The position numbers were made by a program, and so were the translations under genes. The notes beneath the pieces are model-generated. The model saw only the letters and a list, made by a program, of their open reading frames with translations, ran no database searches and had not been told where the DNA came from. Of a stretch of 64,000 bases of DNA, positions 34,911 through 47,666 are shown in pieces. Location of the stretch: positions 288,001 to 352,000 of the forward strand of contig CAVTET010000001.1 in the NCBI GenBank assembly GCA_963733675.1, written 5' to 3'. Source of the DNA: an uncultured Methanosarcinaceae archaeon. Lineage in GTDB: Archaea; Halobacteriota; Methanosarcinia; Methanosarcinales; Methanosarcinaceae. Within the stretch, counting starts at the first letter, position 1. Every line of letters starts with the position of its first letter.

Positions 34911-37333
34911 TAGTTCAAAAGTAGCATAAAATATAAATAATAAATTAATAACGGTTCTCAGGAAAGTTTCTATCCACGCAATGAGTTACAGGGTATTATA
35001 CTTAGATAAATATTGTATACTATATTCCCATTTTTCTAACTCTGATAAGTCTCTCTTAGTCAATTGAACTGGAAAAGGAATCTGCCCTTGTTGAGAATAT
35101 ATTCAAAACTTTGAAAATCTCGGTTTTCTTCTCCAGTTACCTTTTCCTCAGGAACCCCACGTTGTGCATTAACTTAAATAGAAATATTAAAAACGATATA
35201 TTCAGCAAAATTCAAACTTTTACTTCCAAGTTTGTTCAATAATTTAGGATTTTCCCCGTAGAACCCATTCATTGCTGCATAAGAGAAAGTAATAAATTCT
35301 ACTATTAATTTGTCAATTATTTTAGAGATATTTTATTATTTGAGGGATTTTTAATTTATTAAGGTCAAATGATAGTATAAATATAATAGCAAAATTTTGA
35401 GATAGAGATAACTTAAAAAAAATATATATCAGTTTTTTAAATACTTATTTTTGCTTCTACTTTCTCTTTGATATGTTTATTTATATTTTGAATTCTTTTT
35501 ATTTCATATAATTTTTCCTGATGCTCAATCTTTGAAGCTCGCTTAATTACCCAAACACTGGCAAAACGCTGTGCTAACTGGATCATTCTCTGGAGCTAGG
35601 AGATATGTCAGTAGAAATCGAATTGAATATCAAACTCACTAAGCTTGATATAGAAACTAGAGACAAGGAGAAGTAATATGGTCTGTCCTGTGTTGTGCTG
35701 TTGGAGGAATTGCGTATATTGCCAGTAGGATCTTTAGGTTTCCTGATGTAGTTGTTGCTTTTATGACTGGAATGCTGGCGACTTCGATGGCATATTGGGG
35801 AAATCATATTATGGCGAAAAAATGGAAGAAAATAAAAGGTCAACTTTTAGCAATCAATATCCTATCAGGGATTATATATATACTCACTTAAATTAATTGG
35901 ATTGTTGTAAACGTCGAGAACTTGTTTCCACAAAAGAGGAATTGAAATTTTTTCAGTCTAAAAGCAAATTTTAATCGCAATTTGTAAGGGTCTTCATGAG
36001 TAAATATAAATGTTAAAAAAATTATAATTTCCATACTCAAATGCAGAGGAATTTATCGAAATTCTTTTATAGATTCTCAGCAATGTTACTAATTTACTGT
36101 AAATTAAAAGTTAAGTTTTTATGCAGTGTATATAATCTAATTCTCCCTATTATGAATTTTCTTCTCAATAGCCTAGTGAGATTTATGAGTTCGCAGGAAT
36201 TTTCCCAGTGAATACTACTATCTTTAGAATAGGTTTGAATATCAACTAGATCGCCAATATGCTCCTTAAGCGGGAAATTAGACTATTATGAATTAAATAT
36301 AACTTTGCTTAGGGGAAATATTTTACTGTTACCCTATAATCGGAAAAATATTTTTCCCGTTTTGTAAAAAAATTTCATAATTATTCAGCTAGAATAAAAT
36401 CACATTGTAGCCATTTTATTTAAAATTTGATGCAATTTTGTTTTGAAGAGATTTTCTTTAATTGCAGGCTATTGATTTGTTTTTCGGTTTCGTATTAGTT
36501 GATAATTACACAGTTTTGACAACAAAAAACAAAATCAATAACTGGATTTTTGATAGCTGAATAATTACTTAATTTCATTTTTTACTTTTCCACACATGTT
36601 TATATCAAAAGTCGAGATTTATATTTATTCACTTAGTTTCGAATTGATCGCAGTCTGATGCTAGTGGAATTAATGATATGTTTTGCAATCCCAGAATATA
36701 TTTAATATTCCCCAAACTTCAAATTTCTATTCTTAAACTTTTCCATAATAGATTCTACTAAAACACCATCAATGAGAAACTGGCTGTGCTAACATTCTTT
36801 TACTTTGCTTGGACCTTCGAAAAAGCTGGTTATTTTCATAGTGCAGAATGGACTTTTTAAAACACCTACGATTTCCATTTTTATGCCGACTGCTACAAGG
36901 TCCTCGAAAAGATCTACAAAAGGAATGAAGACTTCCTGGCAAAAAAGCTTATCGACTGTGAGTCAAAGTGATCTTTAGTAATTTTCAGCCACTTCATTTC
37001 GGAAAACATGGCTTTGGAGAATAGAATCTCGATAAAATTTGCGCCTGTTACATCAATAGATAGAATTGGTTTTTATTCCTATATCTTGTAAGATCGTTAA
37101 GTAAGCAGTAACTCATAATCATAAATCTTCTATATAACCGTTTTTCGCAGATTTTCAGTAACTCGAGAAGAATCATTATTGACTATTTTTCTTATATATT
37201 ATAACCTATGGTTCTCTTCGTCGAAAATAAAAGATTATATATCTGTCTTCGGCATATGTATCCGAAAATAGTATCAGATGGCCTGCATAAAAGCTATATT
37301 TTTGTAATCAGTCAGTCTATAATTGCAAAATAA

Positions 37334-38278
37334 ATGCAGGAGTACTACCGTATAATTGGAAGGTCACAGCACATGCATGAAAATTTAGAAACAATAATTA
37401 GAAAAGGATTCTACAGTTGGGTTAGAAATGTAAACATCTGTATCCCATTCATTCTCAACTTTTTTGTCGATCTGATTCTCTTAGTTTTATTCTTAGTCTT
37501 ATTAAGTATTTTGCTTCTTGCCTCAAATAACGGAAATGTAGTTAATACTGCTTCCCTTTCCCAAAAGGAGATTCTTTCCACATTATTGGAAGGATTTACG
37601 GAAAATATTATACTGTCTATACTTTTAATTCTTTTATTTTTCCTTATCGGAATGTTCATACAGTCCTTTTTCACAGCAGGTGCAATAGCGATGGCAAAGA
37701 AGGCGTCTGAGACTGGAGATGCCCCCCTCTCTGATATGTTTAGCTCAGGTTCGAAAAATGCTTTCAGGTTTTTTTTGACAACTTTGTTAATAACCCTGCT
37801 GGAGCTGGGAGGAATCATATTTATAGTACCTGGAGTCCTCATAGTAGGAGATCTAAGTACGCTGATCGAAAATCCAATAGCTCAGATGCAGGGAACGGAA
37901 ATAATTAGCATAGGCTTAACTTTATTGGGAATATATATAGTAGCTATAAGTATAGTGCTTTCACCTACCTTATATGCTCTTGTAATCGATGAACTGGGCA
38001 CTTTTGAAGCTTTAAGCACAGGTTTTCATTTCTTTATGAAGAATAAAATGGATGTATTTTTAATCTGGATAATTTTTACAGTATTGTCATCAATCAACAT
38101 TCTCGTCAGTGAGTATGCAGATCCTGGAAGTATTCTGGTCTCGTGGTTTACATCCCTCCTCCCTATAGTTATTATACAGCCTCTTAAAACTGTAATCTGG
38201 ACGCGTATTTATGTTAGTAAAGAGGGACAGAAACTTTATGATCCATCTTATCTGCTTTCCTATTCGGATAAGGGATAA
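37334..38278 (+). CDS. Multi-pass membrane protein of unknown function (start may be 37373)
   Basis: 314 aa with about 6 hydrophobic segments; SFFTAGAIAMAKKA.ETG motif. Confidence 0.75.
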   Translation: MQEYYRIIGRSQHMHENLETIIRKGFYSWVRNVNICIPFILNFFVDLILLVLFLVLLSILLLASNNGNVVNTASLSQKEILSTLLEGFTENIILSILLILLFFLIGMFIQSFFTAGAIAMAKKASETGDAPLSDMFSSGSKNAFRFFLTTLLITLLELGGIIFIVPGVLIVGDLSTLIENPIAQMQGTEIISIGLTLLGIYIVAISIVLSPTLYALVIDELGTFEALSTGFHFFMKNKMDVFLIWIIFTVLSSINILVSEYADPGSILVSWFTSLLPIVIIQPLKTVIWTRIYVSKEGQKLYDPSYLLSYSDKG

Positions 38279-38420
38279 GAGGCTTTAAAATAGTTGAATA
38301 TATGTCTATTAAAAATTTCGATAAACATCCGATTTCAACAAATTGTTCATGTAGGCTTCATAAACACCCAGCCAAAGAGTAGGATTTATCGAAATTCTCA
38401 TTATATGTGTATATTCCCTC

Positions 38421-39329
38421 TTAAGCTCTGCCTAGAAATTTACAGGCCTGACATACATCTTTAGTACAGGTCTCGCCACATATCCTACATCTTTCTATTA
38501 TTGCAGGAGGGAATTCTTTTGCAAGGGATCCTACAAGTTTGTCAAAACCCCGAAGCAGAGAATATTTGGTCCCCGGGTGTCTTGTCTCAAAATTGTTCAA
38601 CATTCCCCTCACTTCTTCTCGAAGGGCTTCTCCTGCATACTTACATTCACCGAGGTCAACTTGGAGGGAATTTACAAGAGCATAGAGAGCTACTTCTTTT
38701 TCAGGAATATTTCTTAGTGGCTTTGCCCGTAATACCAGGCCTTCTATAGCTGTAGGCGGAGCAAGCCTTATCATACGTTTTATATCTCCCCTTAAGTGGT
38801 TGAGTAGAATAGTCTGGGCTTCATCATCCAGGTTGTGGCCCGTGACTAACTTCGTTGCCCCAATTTCAAGAGCTGTACTATTGAGAATATTTTTTCGAAG
38901 GACGCCACAGTAACTGCATGTGCCTTGTGTTCGGTCAGTTGAAGCCAATTCATCCATAGTTACTCCGTGTGTTTCTTTGAAAGATCTAATGATATGTCGG
39001 ATCTCAAGTTTTTCTGCGAGATTCTTTGCAATTTCAAGGGAATTATGACGGTAACCGCATATTCCTTCATCAACAGAGATCGCTACAATTTTAATGTCTG
39101 GTCTATCTCCTAGAATTTTGTGAATCACATAAAGGGCAACTGAACTGTCCTTACCTCCACTCAAAGCGACTGCCATTATGTCATTTTTCCGGATGCTATA
39201 CTCCTTCCTAATTGTCAGCTTGATCTTTCTCTCAACATCCTCTACAAAGTGTTTCTTGCATAGGTGCATTCCGGAGTATTTCTGGAAAATAATAGATTCA
39301 TGATTACATTTTTTGCATTTGATTGTCAT
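38421..39329 (-). CDS. tRNA 2-thiolation protein, TtuA/Ncs6 family (TIGR00269-like)
   Basis: N- and C-terminal Zn fingers, SGGKDS PP-loop, CSYCGVLR, TGHNLDDEAQ. Confidence 0.92.
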   Translation of the reverse strand: MTIKCKKCNHESIIFQKYSGMHLCKKHFVEDVERKIKLTIRKEYSIRKNDIMAVALSGGKDSSVALYVIHKILGDRPDIKIVAISVDEGICGYRHNSLEIAKNLAEKLEIRHIIRSFKETHGVTMDELASTDRTQGTCSYCGVLRKNILNSTALEIGATKLVTGHNLDDEAQTILLNHLRGDIKRMIRLAPPTAIEGLVLRAKPLRNIPEKEVALYALVNSLQVDLGECKYAGEALREEVRGMLNNFETRHPGTKYSLLRGFDKLVGSLAKEFPPAIIERCRICGETCTKDVCQACKFLGRA

Positions 39330-39829
39330 TTAAAATCCTTTTTTGTACCAATTCCCTAGAAATTACTTGGGAAAAAAACTAAACTCACCAAAACTAATAA
39401 ATGAATATTTGTGGAAATAAATTAAATAATAATTATTCAATGTGATAAATTGAATGTATACTGAGAGGATTTCGAAAAACCTCTTATTTTCACAAGTTGA
39501 TTATATACCATTTATAATCATATGACAAAATTAAAGGGTTTATCGAAAAACTTACTAGTTTTTGTACCAGCTTTGTGCCAAATTTCGTGCCCAATTTCTT
39601 TCTAGGAAATGACCATTTTTTATATATATTTTGTTATGCATTAAATAGTTCCGAATCTCATCAGTTCTTAAGACCATTTCTACAAATCAGAAGAATGCCA
39701 AAAAAGTTATCAAAACTAATGAAGTAGTTGATTATAGCAAAGAAAAATGACTCCACCTATGGTATGATACAACCATTTTACTGGCTGCATCTTCGGAACT
39801 GTGCATTAATAGTTCATATTAATACCTTT

Positions 39830-40520
39830 ACCTAATCGAGCAAAATATAGCTACTAAGAGGAAGAAATATGGAGACAGTTCAAAAGCCAAGTTAATTGCC
39901 GTGTTTGAAAATAAAAAAGAGAATGATTCTGAAAGTTACTTTTATCCAGTAAGATTCTGGAAATGCAAAAGAGGATTAACCTCAAGAAGATGAAGTAAAA
40001 AAAGGAGAATCAGAGATTGAACTTGGACAAAAAGGGCAAGAATCAAAATTAGGATATAAACTTCATAGCCATAATAGACAAAGATTGTGAGCTTATCAAA
40101 AGATTCAAAACAACAACTAAATCATCTATCATTCTCAGATAGATTTGAATATAATTTAAATGAAGCAGTTTACAGAGGCAGAGAATATTTTGGAGCAAAA
40201 TCAAAAGGTTATGATGCAACAATGAAAAGAGGTGTAAAAGAACATCTTCTGGGAACGAGTGATGTATTAAGAAGGAAAAGTTCTTGTCACGACTGTTAAA
40301 AAAGTTAATTAAAAAATATTGTGCACAGCTTTTTGTTAGCATCTCTATCAGTTGATGATATTGAAAATGAAATGAGAATTTTTAGGGTTGCGTAAGCTCT
40401 CTTTAAAATCAAAGCATAATAAACAAAAAAGAAAAATCTGGTCAAAATGCAGATATTAGGGAGAAAGATTTGGACAGGATCCCGCGAAGGAAAAAAAATT
40501 AGAGGTGAATTAAAATTCTC
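39830..40520 (+). mobile_element. Degraded IS5-type transposase remnant with right end
   Basis: EAVYRGREYFGAKSKGYDATMKRG; homologous to 43817-44955; start approximate. Confidence 0.7.
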
Positions 40521-41264
40521 TTAATAATGTTTATTTATTAATATATTGCCCACAACAACTGTACTTATACATTGTACATACAATCAAGGTGCTTACTAAC
40601 AAAATATGATACTCTGAGAGTTTGTGGTAAGTGAAAGAATAAATGACAAACATTATTAGTGTTTGATGGAAGCGACTTTTGATGTAATCATAGATAGATC
40701 GACTCTTATTATTTTCTAGCAGCTCGAGCAGAGATTCCTCTTTAATCATGCCTCGACAAAGCCTGCATGGCGTTTCTTTCAAAATTCTCACTAAAAAGCG
40801 CAAAAAACTTGATGAATATATGCTTGTCTTAAGGGAGGTTAATCCCGAAATTTTCTCTAACTTGAATATTCTTTGACATACTTCGGAAAAACAGTGCTAG
40901 AGGTTATGGATGCTATCTGAGAATGAGGAAATGAGTACCTTGTCAAATCTATAAATAAAAATGATTGTTCAAATGGCTACTTCTATTCATCTAAATTTTT
41001 TTTAGATTTTTTTGGAGATTTCTCCTCTTAATTCGAAGAGCAAAAATAAAATTTCACTCAACAAGTAAAAATAAATCCTATCATTTCTATGCTGATTATT
41101 AGTCTTGAGAACTGTTTTTATTCAATTAAAGAATGTAATTAATTTAGAATATATTTAACAATATTTTCAGAAACATTTAACATTTTGAGATATTTGTTTA
41201 TTAATGTCAAAAGGTCTGAAAACACAGAAAACTTTCTGAGTAGGGTAGGTACAAGGTTAAAAAC

Positions 41265-43589
41265 ATGACACAAAAAAAAGAATATATGCGTTATTTTACT
41301 AAAAAAAGCTGCTACCCAAACCAAGCAGAAGCGATGGAGAAAATTAAATCAGCTCTCTTACAGGAAAAAATCGTACTTTTTGAGGGAGCATGTGGGACCG
41401 GTAAGACTCTGAGTGCACTTGTTCCTGCATTGAATGTGAGAAAAGATCTTGACAAAATTATAATAGTAGTTACGAATGTTCATCAACAGATGGTCCAGTT
41501 TATAAACGAAGCAAAAGAAATCTCCTTAAATAATAGTTTAAAAACTATTGTACTTAAAGGCAAGACTTCTATGTGCCCTGAAAATCTCGATTATGATGAA
41601 TGCAAACTAAATGGCGAAAATACATACGACCTTCTTGAGTTTGAACGGGAAATCTCATCAAAGGAAAAAGAGCTTAAAGAAATTTATGCAAAATATAAAC
41701 AGACTAAAGATACTTATGTTTTTGCTCTCATTAAAGAGATTAATGAAGAAATTGAAGGATTTCGGAAAAAGGCTCAGTCTTTGAGGAATCATCACTGTCC
41801 AAAGCTCTATGAGGTCCTGAAATTTGAAGGAAATGAATTTTCATCCTGGCTCTTTTCCGATGTAAGGAGTCCAGAGGATGTGATGAAGTACTCACAGGAA
41901 CGAGATATGTGTGGATATGAGCTGCTCAAGAGGGAACTAAAAAATACCGAACTTCTTATATGCAATTTCCATCATGTACTTAGTGCCGAAATTTTCATGA
42001 CTCTTCTGAAGTGGCTTGAACGCGACCTGAGAGATATTATCCTCATATTTGATGAGGCGCACAATATAGAGGCATCTGCTCGTTCTCATTCTTCCATAAT
42101 GCTCTCCGAATTGACCATCGAGAAATCTCTTTATGAAGTAGGCGAAATTTTCGAACCTGACAGCTCTTTGGTATTTGGAGTAGGCAATAGCCCCAAAAGT
42201 GGCATCCCACTTGACAAGGACTATGCAGTAAGACTTTATGCGAAAAAATTATTTTCTTGCTTGCTGAAGGCTCTCAGTAACACATATAACTCGAAGTTGA
42301 AATTCGGAGAAAAGAGCAGGCTTGGAAAAAAATGGCAAGATATCCAGATCAGTGACCCTTATGAGCGCCTTGACATTTTGAAAGCTCACTTTTTGCGGGA
42401 TGCTAAGAACGAAGGGTTTGAAAATGAAGAGAAGATCCTGATCCTACTTAGAGAAATAAAAGAATTTGGAGTGCGGCTGGAAGCAATCTATGCAGAAAAT
42501 TATAAAAAAGGGCTTCATTCAGTCCCTAAACGTTCGCATATCAGGTACGTTGCCGATTTTTTGTCTTCTTACATTATACTTTCAGGCAGACAAAACTATT
42601 ACCCCATTTTGAATGTGCGCAGGGATTTAAAAAGTAATAGGTTAGTTGGCAGGATCGAGCTTTTCACATGCATTCCCAAAAACATTACTCAACCATTGTT
42701 TGATTCCGTTTATGCGGCATTGCTCATGTCAGCTACACTTCGCCCCTTTGAGATGATCAAGTCAACACTCGGTATCTCCCGGAAAGTGGAAGAAATTTCT
42801 TATGGCACGACTTTCCCCAAGGAAAGAAGGCTTACACTTTCAGTTTCAGTTCCTCCTCTTTTTGCAAAAAATCGAGACAATCCCGAAACTCTTGAGAGTT
42901 TGAAAGAATCTCTTCTTGCAGCCACTGTCGCATCTTCAGGAAACGTGATCATCTATTTTCAAAGCTATGCTGAAGCACGCCGCTATGCTAAAATCCTTGA
43001 GCCTGAGCTTTCTATCCCGATATTCCTTGACGAGGTAGGGTGTTCAACTCAGGAAATTCGACAAAAATTTTTCAGAATCGGGGAGAACGGAGGAAAATCT
43101 TTGCTTATAACTTATCTCTGGGGAACATTGACTGAAGGCGTTGATTTCAGAGATAATCGTGGTAGGACAGTTATTGTAGTAGGGGTTGGATATCCGGCTC
43201 TAAACAACCGAATTAAAGCAGTAGAGTCTGCTTATGATGCTTTTTTCGATTGTGGAACCGGCTGGGAATTTGCAGTTCAGGTGCCAACGATCAGAAAAGT
43301 AAGGCAGGCTATGGGAAGAATAGTCCGTTCTCCGGAGGATTTTGGAATTAGGATCCTTATGGATTCTCGTTATCAGGGTTCCCAGACACGTAAGCTTGGT
43401 AAATTTTCAGTTTTTGAGTATTTCCCTCCAGAAGAAAGAAAAGAATTCATTGATGTCATTCCCAAAGACGTAGGAAGCCTGGTGAGAAACTTTTTTGCGT
43501 ATATCGAGTTGAATGATCCAGAAAAAATGGAGACGAAATCTTCGGCTTCAATGCAGCTTAATTTTGGAAATCTTACCGAAAAGCTATGA
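41265..43589 (+). CDS. XPD/Rad3-family Fe-S DNA helicase
   Basis: YPNQ, EGACGTGKT, DEAHN, SAT, EGVDF, RQAMGRIVR. Confidence 0.93.
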   Translation: MTQKKEYMRYFTKKSCYPNQAEAMEKIKSALLQEKIVLFEGACGTGKTLSALVPALNVRKDLDKIIIVVTNVHQQMVQFINEAKEISLNNSLKTIVLKGKTSMCPENLDYDECKLNGENTYDLLEFEREISSKEKELKEIYAKYKQTKDTYVFALIKEINEEIEGFRKKAQSLRNHHCPKLYEVLKFEGNEFSSWLFSDVRSPEDVMKYSQERDMCGYELLKRELKNTELLICNFHHVLSAEIFMTLLKWLERDLRDIILIFDEAHNIEASARSHSSIMLSELTIEKSLYEVGEIFEPDSSLVFGVGNSPKSGIPLDKDYAVRLYAKKLFSCLLKALSNTYNSKLKFGEKSRLGKKWQDIQISDPYERLDILKAHFLRDAKNEGFENEEKILILLREIKEFGVRLEAIYAENYKKGLHSVPKRSHIRYVADFLSSYIILSGRQNYYPILNVRRDLKSNRLVGRIELFTCIPKNITQPLFDSVYAALLMSATLRPFEMIKSTLGISRKVEEISYGTTFPKERRLTLSVSVPPLFAKNRDNPETLESLKESLLAATVASSGNVIIYFQSYAEARRYAKILEPELSIPIFLDEVGCSTQEIRQKFFRIGENGGKSLLITYLWGTLTEGVDFRDNRGRTVIVVGVGYPALNNRIKAVESAYDAFFDCGTGWEFAVQVPTIRKVRQAMGRIVRSPEDFGIRILMDSRYQGSQTRKLGKFSVFEYFPPEERKEFIDVIPKDVGSLVRNFFAYIELNDPEKMETKSSASMQLNFGNLTEKL

Positions 43590-43647
43590 AATACTTGAAA
43601 CAGTAAACTATTCTATTAAATTATTCATTTTTTATTCCAGTCGAATA

Positions 43648-43666
43648 CCTCGCAGCTTGCTGCGGG
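43648..43666. repeat. GC-rich hairpin (REP-like or IS200-end-like; possible terminator)
   Basis: CCTCGCAGC-TT-GCTGCGGG in AT-rich DNA about 60 bp after the helicase stop. Confidence 0.5.
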
Positions 43667-43816
43667 ATGGAAACTGGCCCTGAACCATAATTAACTAACT
43701 GAGTTATAATTTGAAATACCATTAATTAGTCTGTTGATTTTTATGCAAAATAATAAATCTCAAGAAATTATGATGTAGGGAATCACATCTATGAAAAACG
43801 CAATTAGATACAGTAT

Positions 43817-44955
43817 AGAGAATTTCGATAAACTCCTATGCATGTGATTATTGAAGAATTTAAATAACTTTAAGATAATCATTATTCATAAACATTCTTT
43901 CTGATTTGACTCTTAAGTATGACTATGCTCTTTTTCAGTTAGTTGGAGAAAAAAATTGCTGAAATTGATTCCGTAATTGACTAAATTTTTTTTCATATCA
44001 TTTTTGAGTCCATATATTTTTACAAAACAATTTTAAGAGAGGATTTGAAGCTGACGTAATCATTATGTTCAAAATGGTTGTTCTACATCAATTGCATGTC
44101 TTTCCGACCTTGAACTAGAGAAACAATGTATTGATCGAATTTTTTTCAGAAAATCTCTTGATTTTCCTGAGTACGTACCAGACAGTACCATAGTCTAATC
44201 ATTCAGGATAAAAAATATTGATAACTTCAAAAAAGAAAAAGAAGGTGGGGACATTTTCAAAGCCAACTTTAATGCCTTAGTTTAAAAATAAAAAAACTGG
44301 AATGATTCAGAACGCTACTTTTATCCATTAGATACGGGATATACAAACGCTAATAAACCTCCTAAAAATGAAACGAAAAAAAAGGTAATAAGATACTGAA
44401 TTTGAACAAAAAAGGATGGAAATTCATACTTTGGATCTAAACTTAATTGCATTAATAAACAGGGATTACGAGCTGATCAGAAGATTCAAAACAACCTGTA
44501 TCTTTCATGTTTTTCAGTAGATTTATCACAAAAAATTGAAGTGGTTTACATAGACAGAGTATATTTTGGAGCAAAATTAAAAAGTTATGATGCAACAATG
44601 AAAAGAACAGTAAAATAACATCATATGTGAATGAATGATGTATTAAGAAAAATAGAATTAACTAAAAAAAATATTATGAGGTCGATTTTATGCAGTAAAT
44701 AAAGGATATTCAAAGCAGAAAAAGTTATTGTCACTACTATTCAAAGAGTGAACCTAAAGGTGTTGTGTACATCTTTTTGTTATAATATCTACAAGTTGAT
44801 GAAATTGGGAAAAAGAATATTAAATAAATAAAGAAAATTATCTCTAAAATCAAAGAATAACTAAATAGAAAAAAATTGGGCAAATACAGAAATTAGTGAG
44901 AAAGATTTGGACAGGACTTCTGCGAAGAAAAAATTATAGGTAAATCGGAATTCTA
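43817..44955 (+). mobile_element. Full-length but degenerate IS5-type element, putative parent of the GAGGATTTCGATAAA MITEs
   Basis: Termini AGAGAATTTCGATAAAC / GGTAAATCGGAATTCTA; decayed MFKMVVL..., PDSTIV, QNATFI, FGSKL, VYIDRVYFG motifs. Confidence 0.75.
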
Positions 44956-45430
44956 TATAAGATCGTAAAATGTTCAAAATTACCATTTGCAAAGACACTA
45001 TTTTTTGTAATTCAATGTACCATGTGTAATATTTTTAATGTATTAAAGGTAAGTCATTTAGATTACAGTATATAAAATGAAATCAGTAGTCCGTCAGGAT
45101 ATTATTGATTGTAACAGACGGAATTGAGGCCTCATATAATATTCTAATAAAACTACTCCTAAATTACTTAATGAAATTAAATCAAGGAAGAAATCTAGCA
45201 CTTAGTTTTCGATTAATAGAGGTCTAAATCTAAAAATATACTCCAACAAAAAAAATCACACATTATCTAGTGGGTAACATGCTAGATTTCTACTTTATAC
45301 CTTTAAAACGATTGAGTTTCTAGAGGCGATTATAAAAAAAATGGAATTATTGGATGTATGATGAAGTTTTTTCTTTTTTTAAACCATTAAGGAAAAATTC
45401 TAAACGAATAAGAATCTTCATTTTGAATTA

Positions 45431-46302
45431 GAGCCTATCCGAAAAATAATCTACTTTCAATTTAAGATCATGTGTGGTAATGACAAAACGGAAATTTGTT
45501 CAGGACTACAAATTTTCTAAAGATTATTGGGGAAGAATAGAACCTTTACTACATGTACCTAAGCCAAAAAAGAAGTCTTGAAGACCTAGAAAGGGTGATA
45601 GGAAAATAATGAGTGGCATTTTCTATCTCCTTTTTACTGTTTGCCAATGGAAAGCATTGCCACGATTTTATGGAGCTTCAAGCACTGTACATGATCGATT
45701 TCAGGAATGGCAACTATCAGGCTTATTTGAGAGCATGTGGATGGCTGGTCTTGTTGAGTATGATTTCGAAAAAGGATTAGAATGGGAATGACAATCAATT
45801 GATGGTGCTATGACAAAAGCACCATTAGGTGGAACTGGAACAGGAGCCAATCCTACTGATCGTGGCAAAAAAGGTACAAAAAGGAGTGTTTTAACTGATG
45901 GTAAAGGCATATCACTTTCTGTTGTCGTTGATGGAGCCAATCGTCACGATATAAAGCTTGTAAAAAGGACTTTAGACGCCATATTCTTTGAAAGACCTTC
46001 TCCAGAAGACATAATTCAGAATATATGCATGGATAAGGGTTATGATTTCACCGATATCAGAAAATTGGTTGAAGAATATGGTTATACTGCGCATATCAAA
46101 AGTTGTGGAGAAGAAAACATAAGAAGAGACATACCTGGTTTTAGGGCAAGAAGATGAGTTGTAGAAAGGACACATTCTTGGCTGAATAGATTCAGAAGAC
46201 TCCTTATAAGATGGGAAAAGAAAATTGAAAATTACCTTGCTATCCTACATTTAGCGTGCGCATTGATAACATTAAGATCAGCAGGACTTTTCGGATAGCC
46301 TC
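45431..46302 (+). mobile_element. IS5-family element (copy 2), transposase with in-frame stops
   Basis: Same IRs and TTA duplication as 15904-16774. Confidence 0.92.
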
Positions 46303-46526
46303 TTAGAGTAAATTGAAACTGTTGACAATGAAGAAATTTTAATATAAGACTTATACAGTTAGGATCAAAATCTATCACATGCGCATTTTTTAGAGTGATT
46401 TTTTTGATATATTATGTCTCTGATTTTGTAATTCGACGCGTAAGCTCCATATCATAACTTTTAGCAGCTTATCATCACAGGGGAGTGAAGGCATACATAA
46501 ACACATCTAGAAAAGAGAGATAAAGT

Positions 46527-47666
46527 ATGATAATAATGATTTTGATCTGTGGAGAAGGCCTTGGCCACACAAGTAGATGCCTTGCGTTGGGGAAAGAGTT
46601 TCTTGCTGCTGGGCACAAAGTGCACTTTGGAGCCTATGGATACTCAAAAGAGTTGGTCGAAAAAACGGGGTATGCTGCGCATAAAATCCCGTCAGAAATA
46701 GTACTAGTTGGAAAAGCAGGGGCCTTGGATTTCAAAGGGTCAATTGAAGCAACTCTTAAAAATAGCCAAATTCTAGGTGGGCCGAAGCTCCTGAGACTTA
46801 TAAAAAATACGAACCCTGATATCATCTTCTCAGACAGCTATTATCTGGGAGCTCTTGCTGCCTTTACGCTCAGAATTCCGATATATCTTATCATTAACCA
46901 GTCGAATATGGAAGAATTTTTCAAAAACAGAGGAGTACCTCTCAGGATTCTTGGGGGAGTTGCAAAAAAGTTTTACAACCATGTTTTTGAAAAAGTAGAC
47001 AAACTGATTATCCCTGATTACCCACTTCCCTATACGGTCTGTACGAAAAATCTGAGTTTTACCCCTAAACTCGAAGCAAAGCTGTTTTACAGCGGCCCTC
47101 TTATAAAAGAAACATGTGAAGAAGTGGAAGAAATTTCTGTCAAAAAACCACACATTGTTTCTCTAATAGGGGGATTCGGATATAGAGAACTTATTTTTAA
47201 AAAAGTGCTCGAAACAGCAAAACTCGATCCATCAATTCATTATACACTCATTTCAGGTCCTTCTTTTGATCCCTCAAAACTGGTTGATCTGCCAAAAAAT
47301 GTGCAAATTCTTAAGTTTATAAAAGACACTTTCCCATACCTAAAAAGTTCCGAAGTGGTCATAGCTCCGGGAGGGCACAGTACTATAATGGAAGCCCTTA
47401 GCTTCGGGATCCCGATTATATCTTTTCCTGACAAAGAACACAGAGAGCAGGAAAATAATGCTAAAGCGATCGGGGAGAAAGGCTATGGTATGATGCTTAG
47501 TTATTCTACTCCTCCTGAGGTCATTCTTGAATGCATTCGGGAAGTTCTGGAAGAGGATCTATACCGAAATAACACTGAGAGACTACGTAGGCTTGCAGGA
47601 GAGTTAAAAGGGCCTACTGCTGTCAGAGAATTGATTGAAAAAGAAATTCGTGAGAATATTTACTGA
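46527..47666 (+). CDS. GT-B glycosyltransferase (MurG/GT28-like, MJ1255 type)
   Basis: CGEGLGHTSR, GGHSTIMEAL..G.P, EQENNA. Confidence 0.88.
   Translation: MIIMILICGEGLGHTSRCLALGKEFLAAGHKVHFGAYGYSKELVEKTGYAAHKIPSEIVLVGKAGALDFKGSIEATLKNSQILGGPKLLRLIKNTNPDIIFSDSYYLGALAAFTLRIPIYLIINQSNMEEFFKNRGVPLRILGGVAKKFYNHVFEKVDKLIIPDYPLPYTVCTKNLSFTPKLEAKLFYSGPLIKETCEEVEEISVKKPHIVSLIGGFGYRELIFKKVLETAKLDPSIHYTLISGPSFDPSKLVDLPKNVQILKFIKDTFPYLKSSEVVIAPGGHSTIMEALSFGIPIISFPDKEHREQENNAKAIGEKGYGMMLSYSTPPEVILECIREVLEEDLYRNNTERLRRLAGELKGPTAVRELIEKEIRENIY

Noticed and set aside
35520-37100. Coding-like fragments (MVCPV... small membrane peptide and another minus-strand remnant)
   Set aside because: They are frameshifted, and no family could be assigned with confidence.
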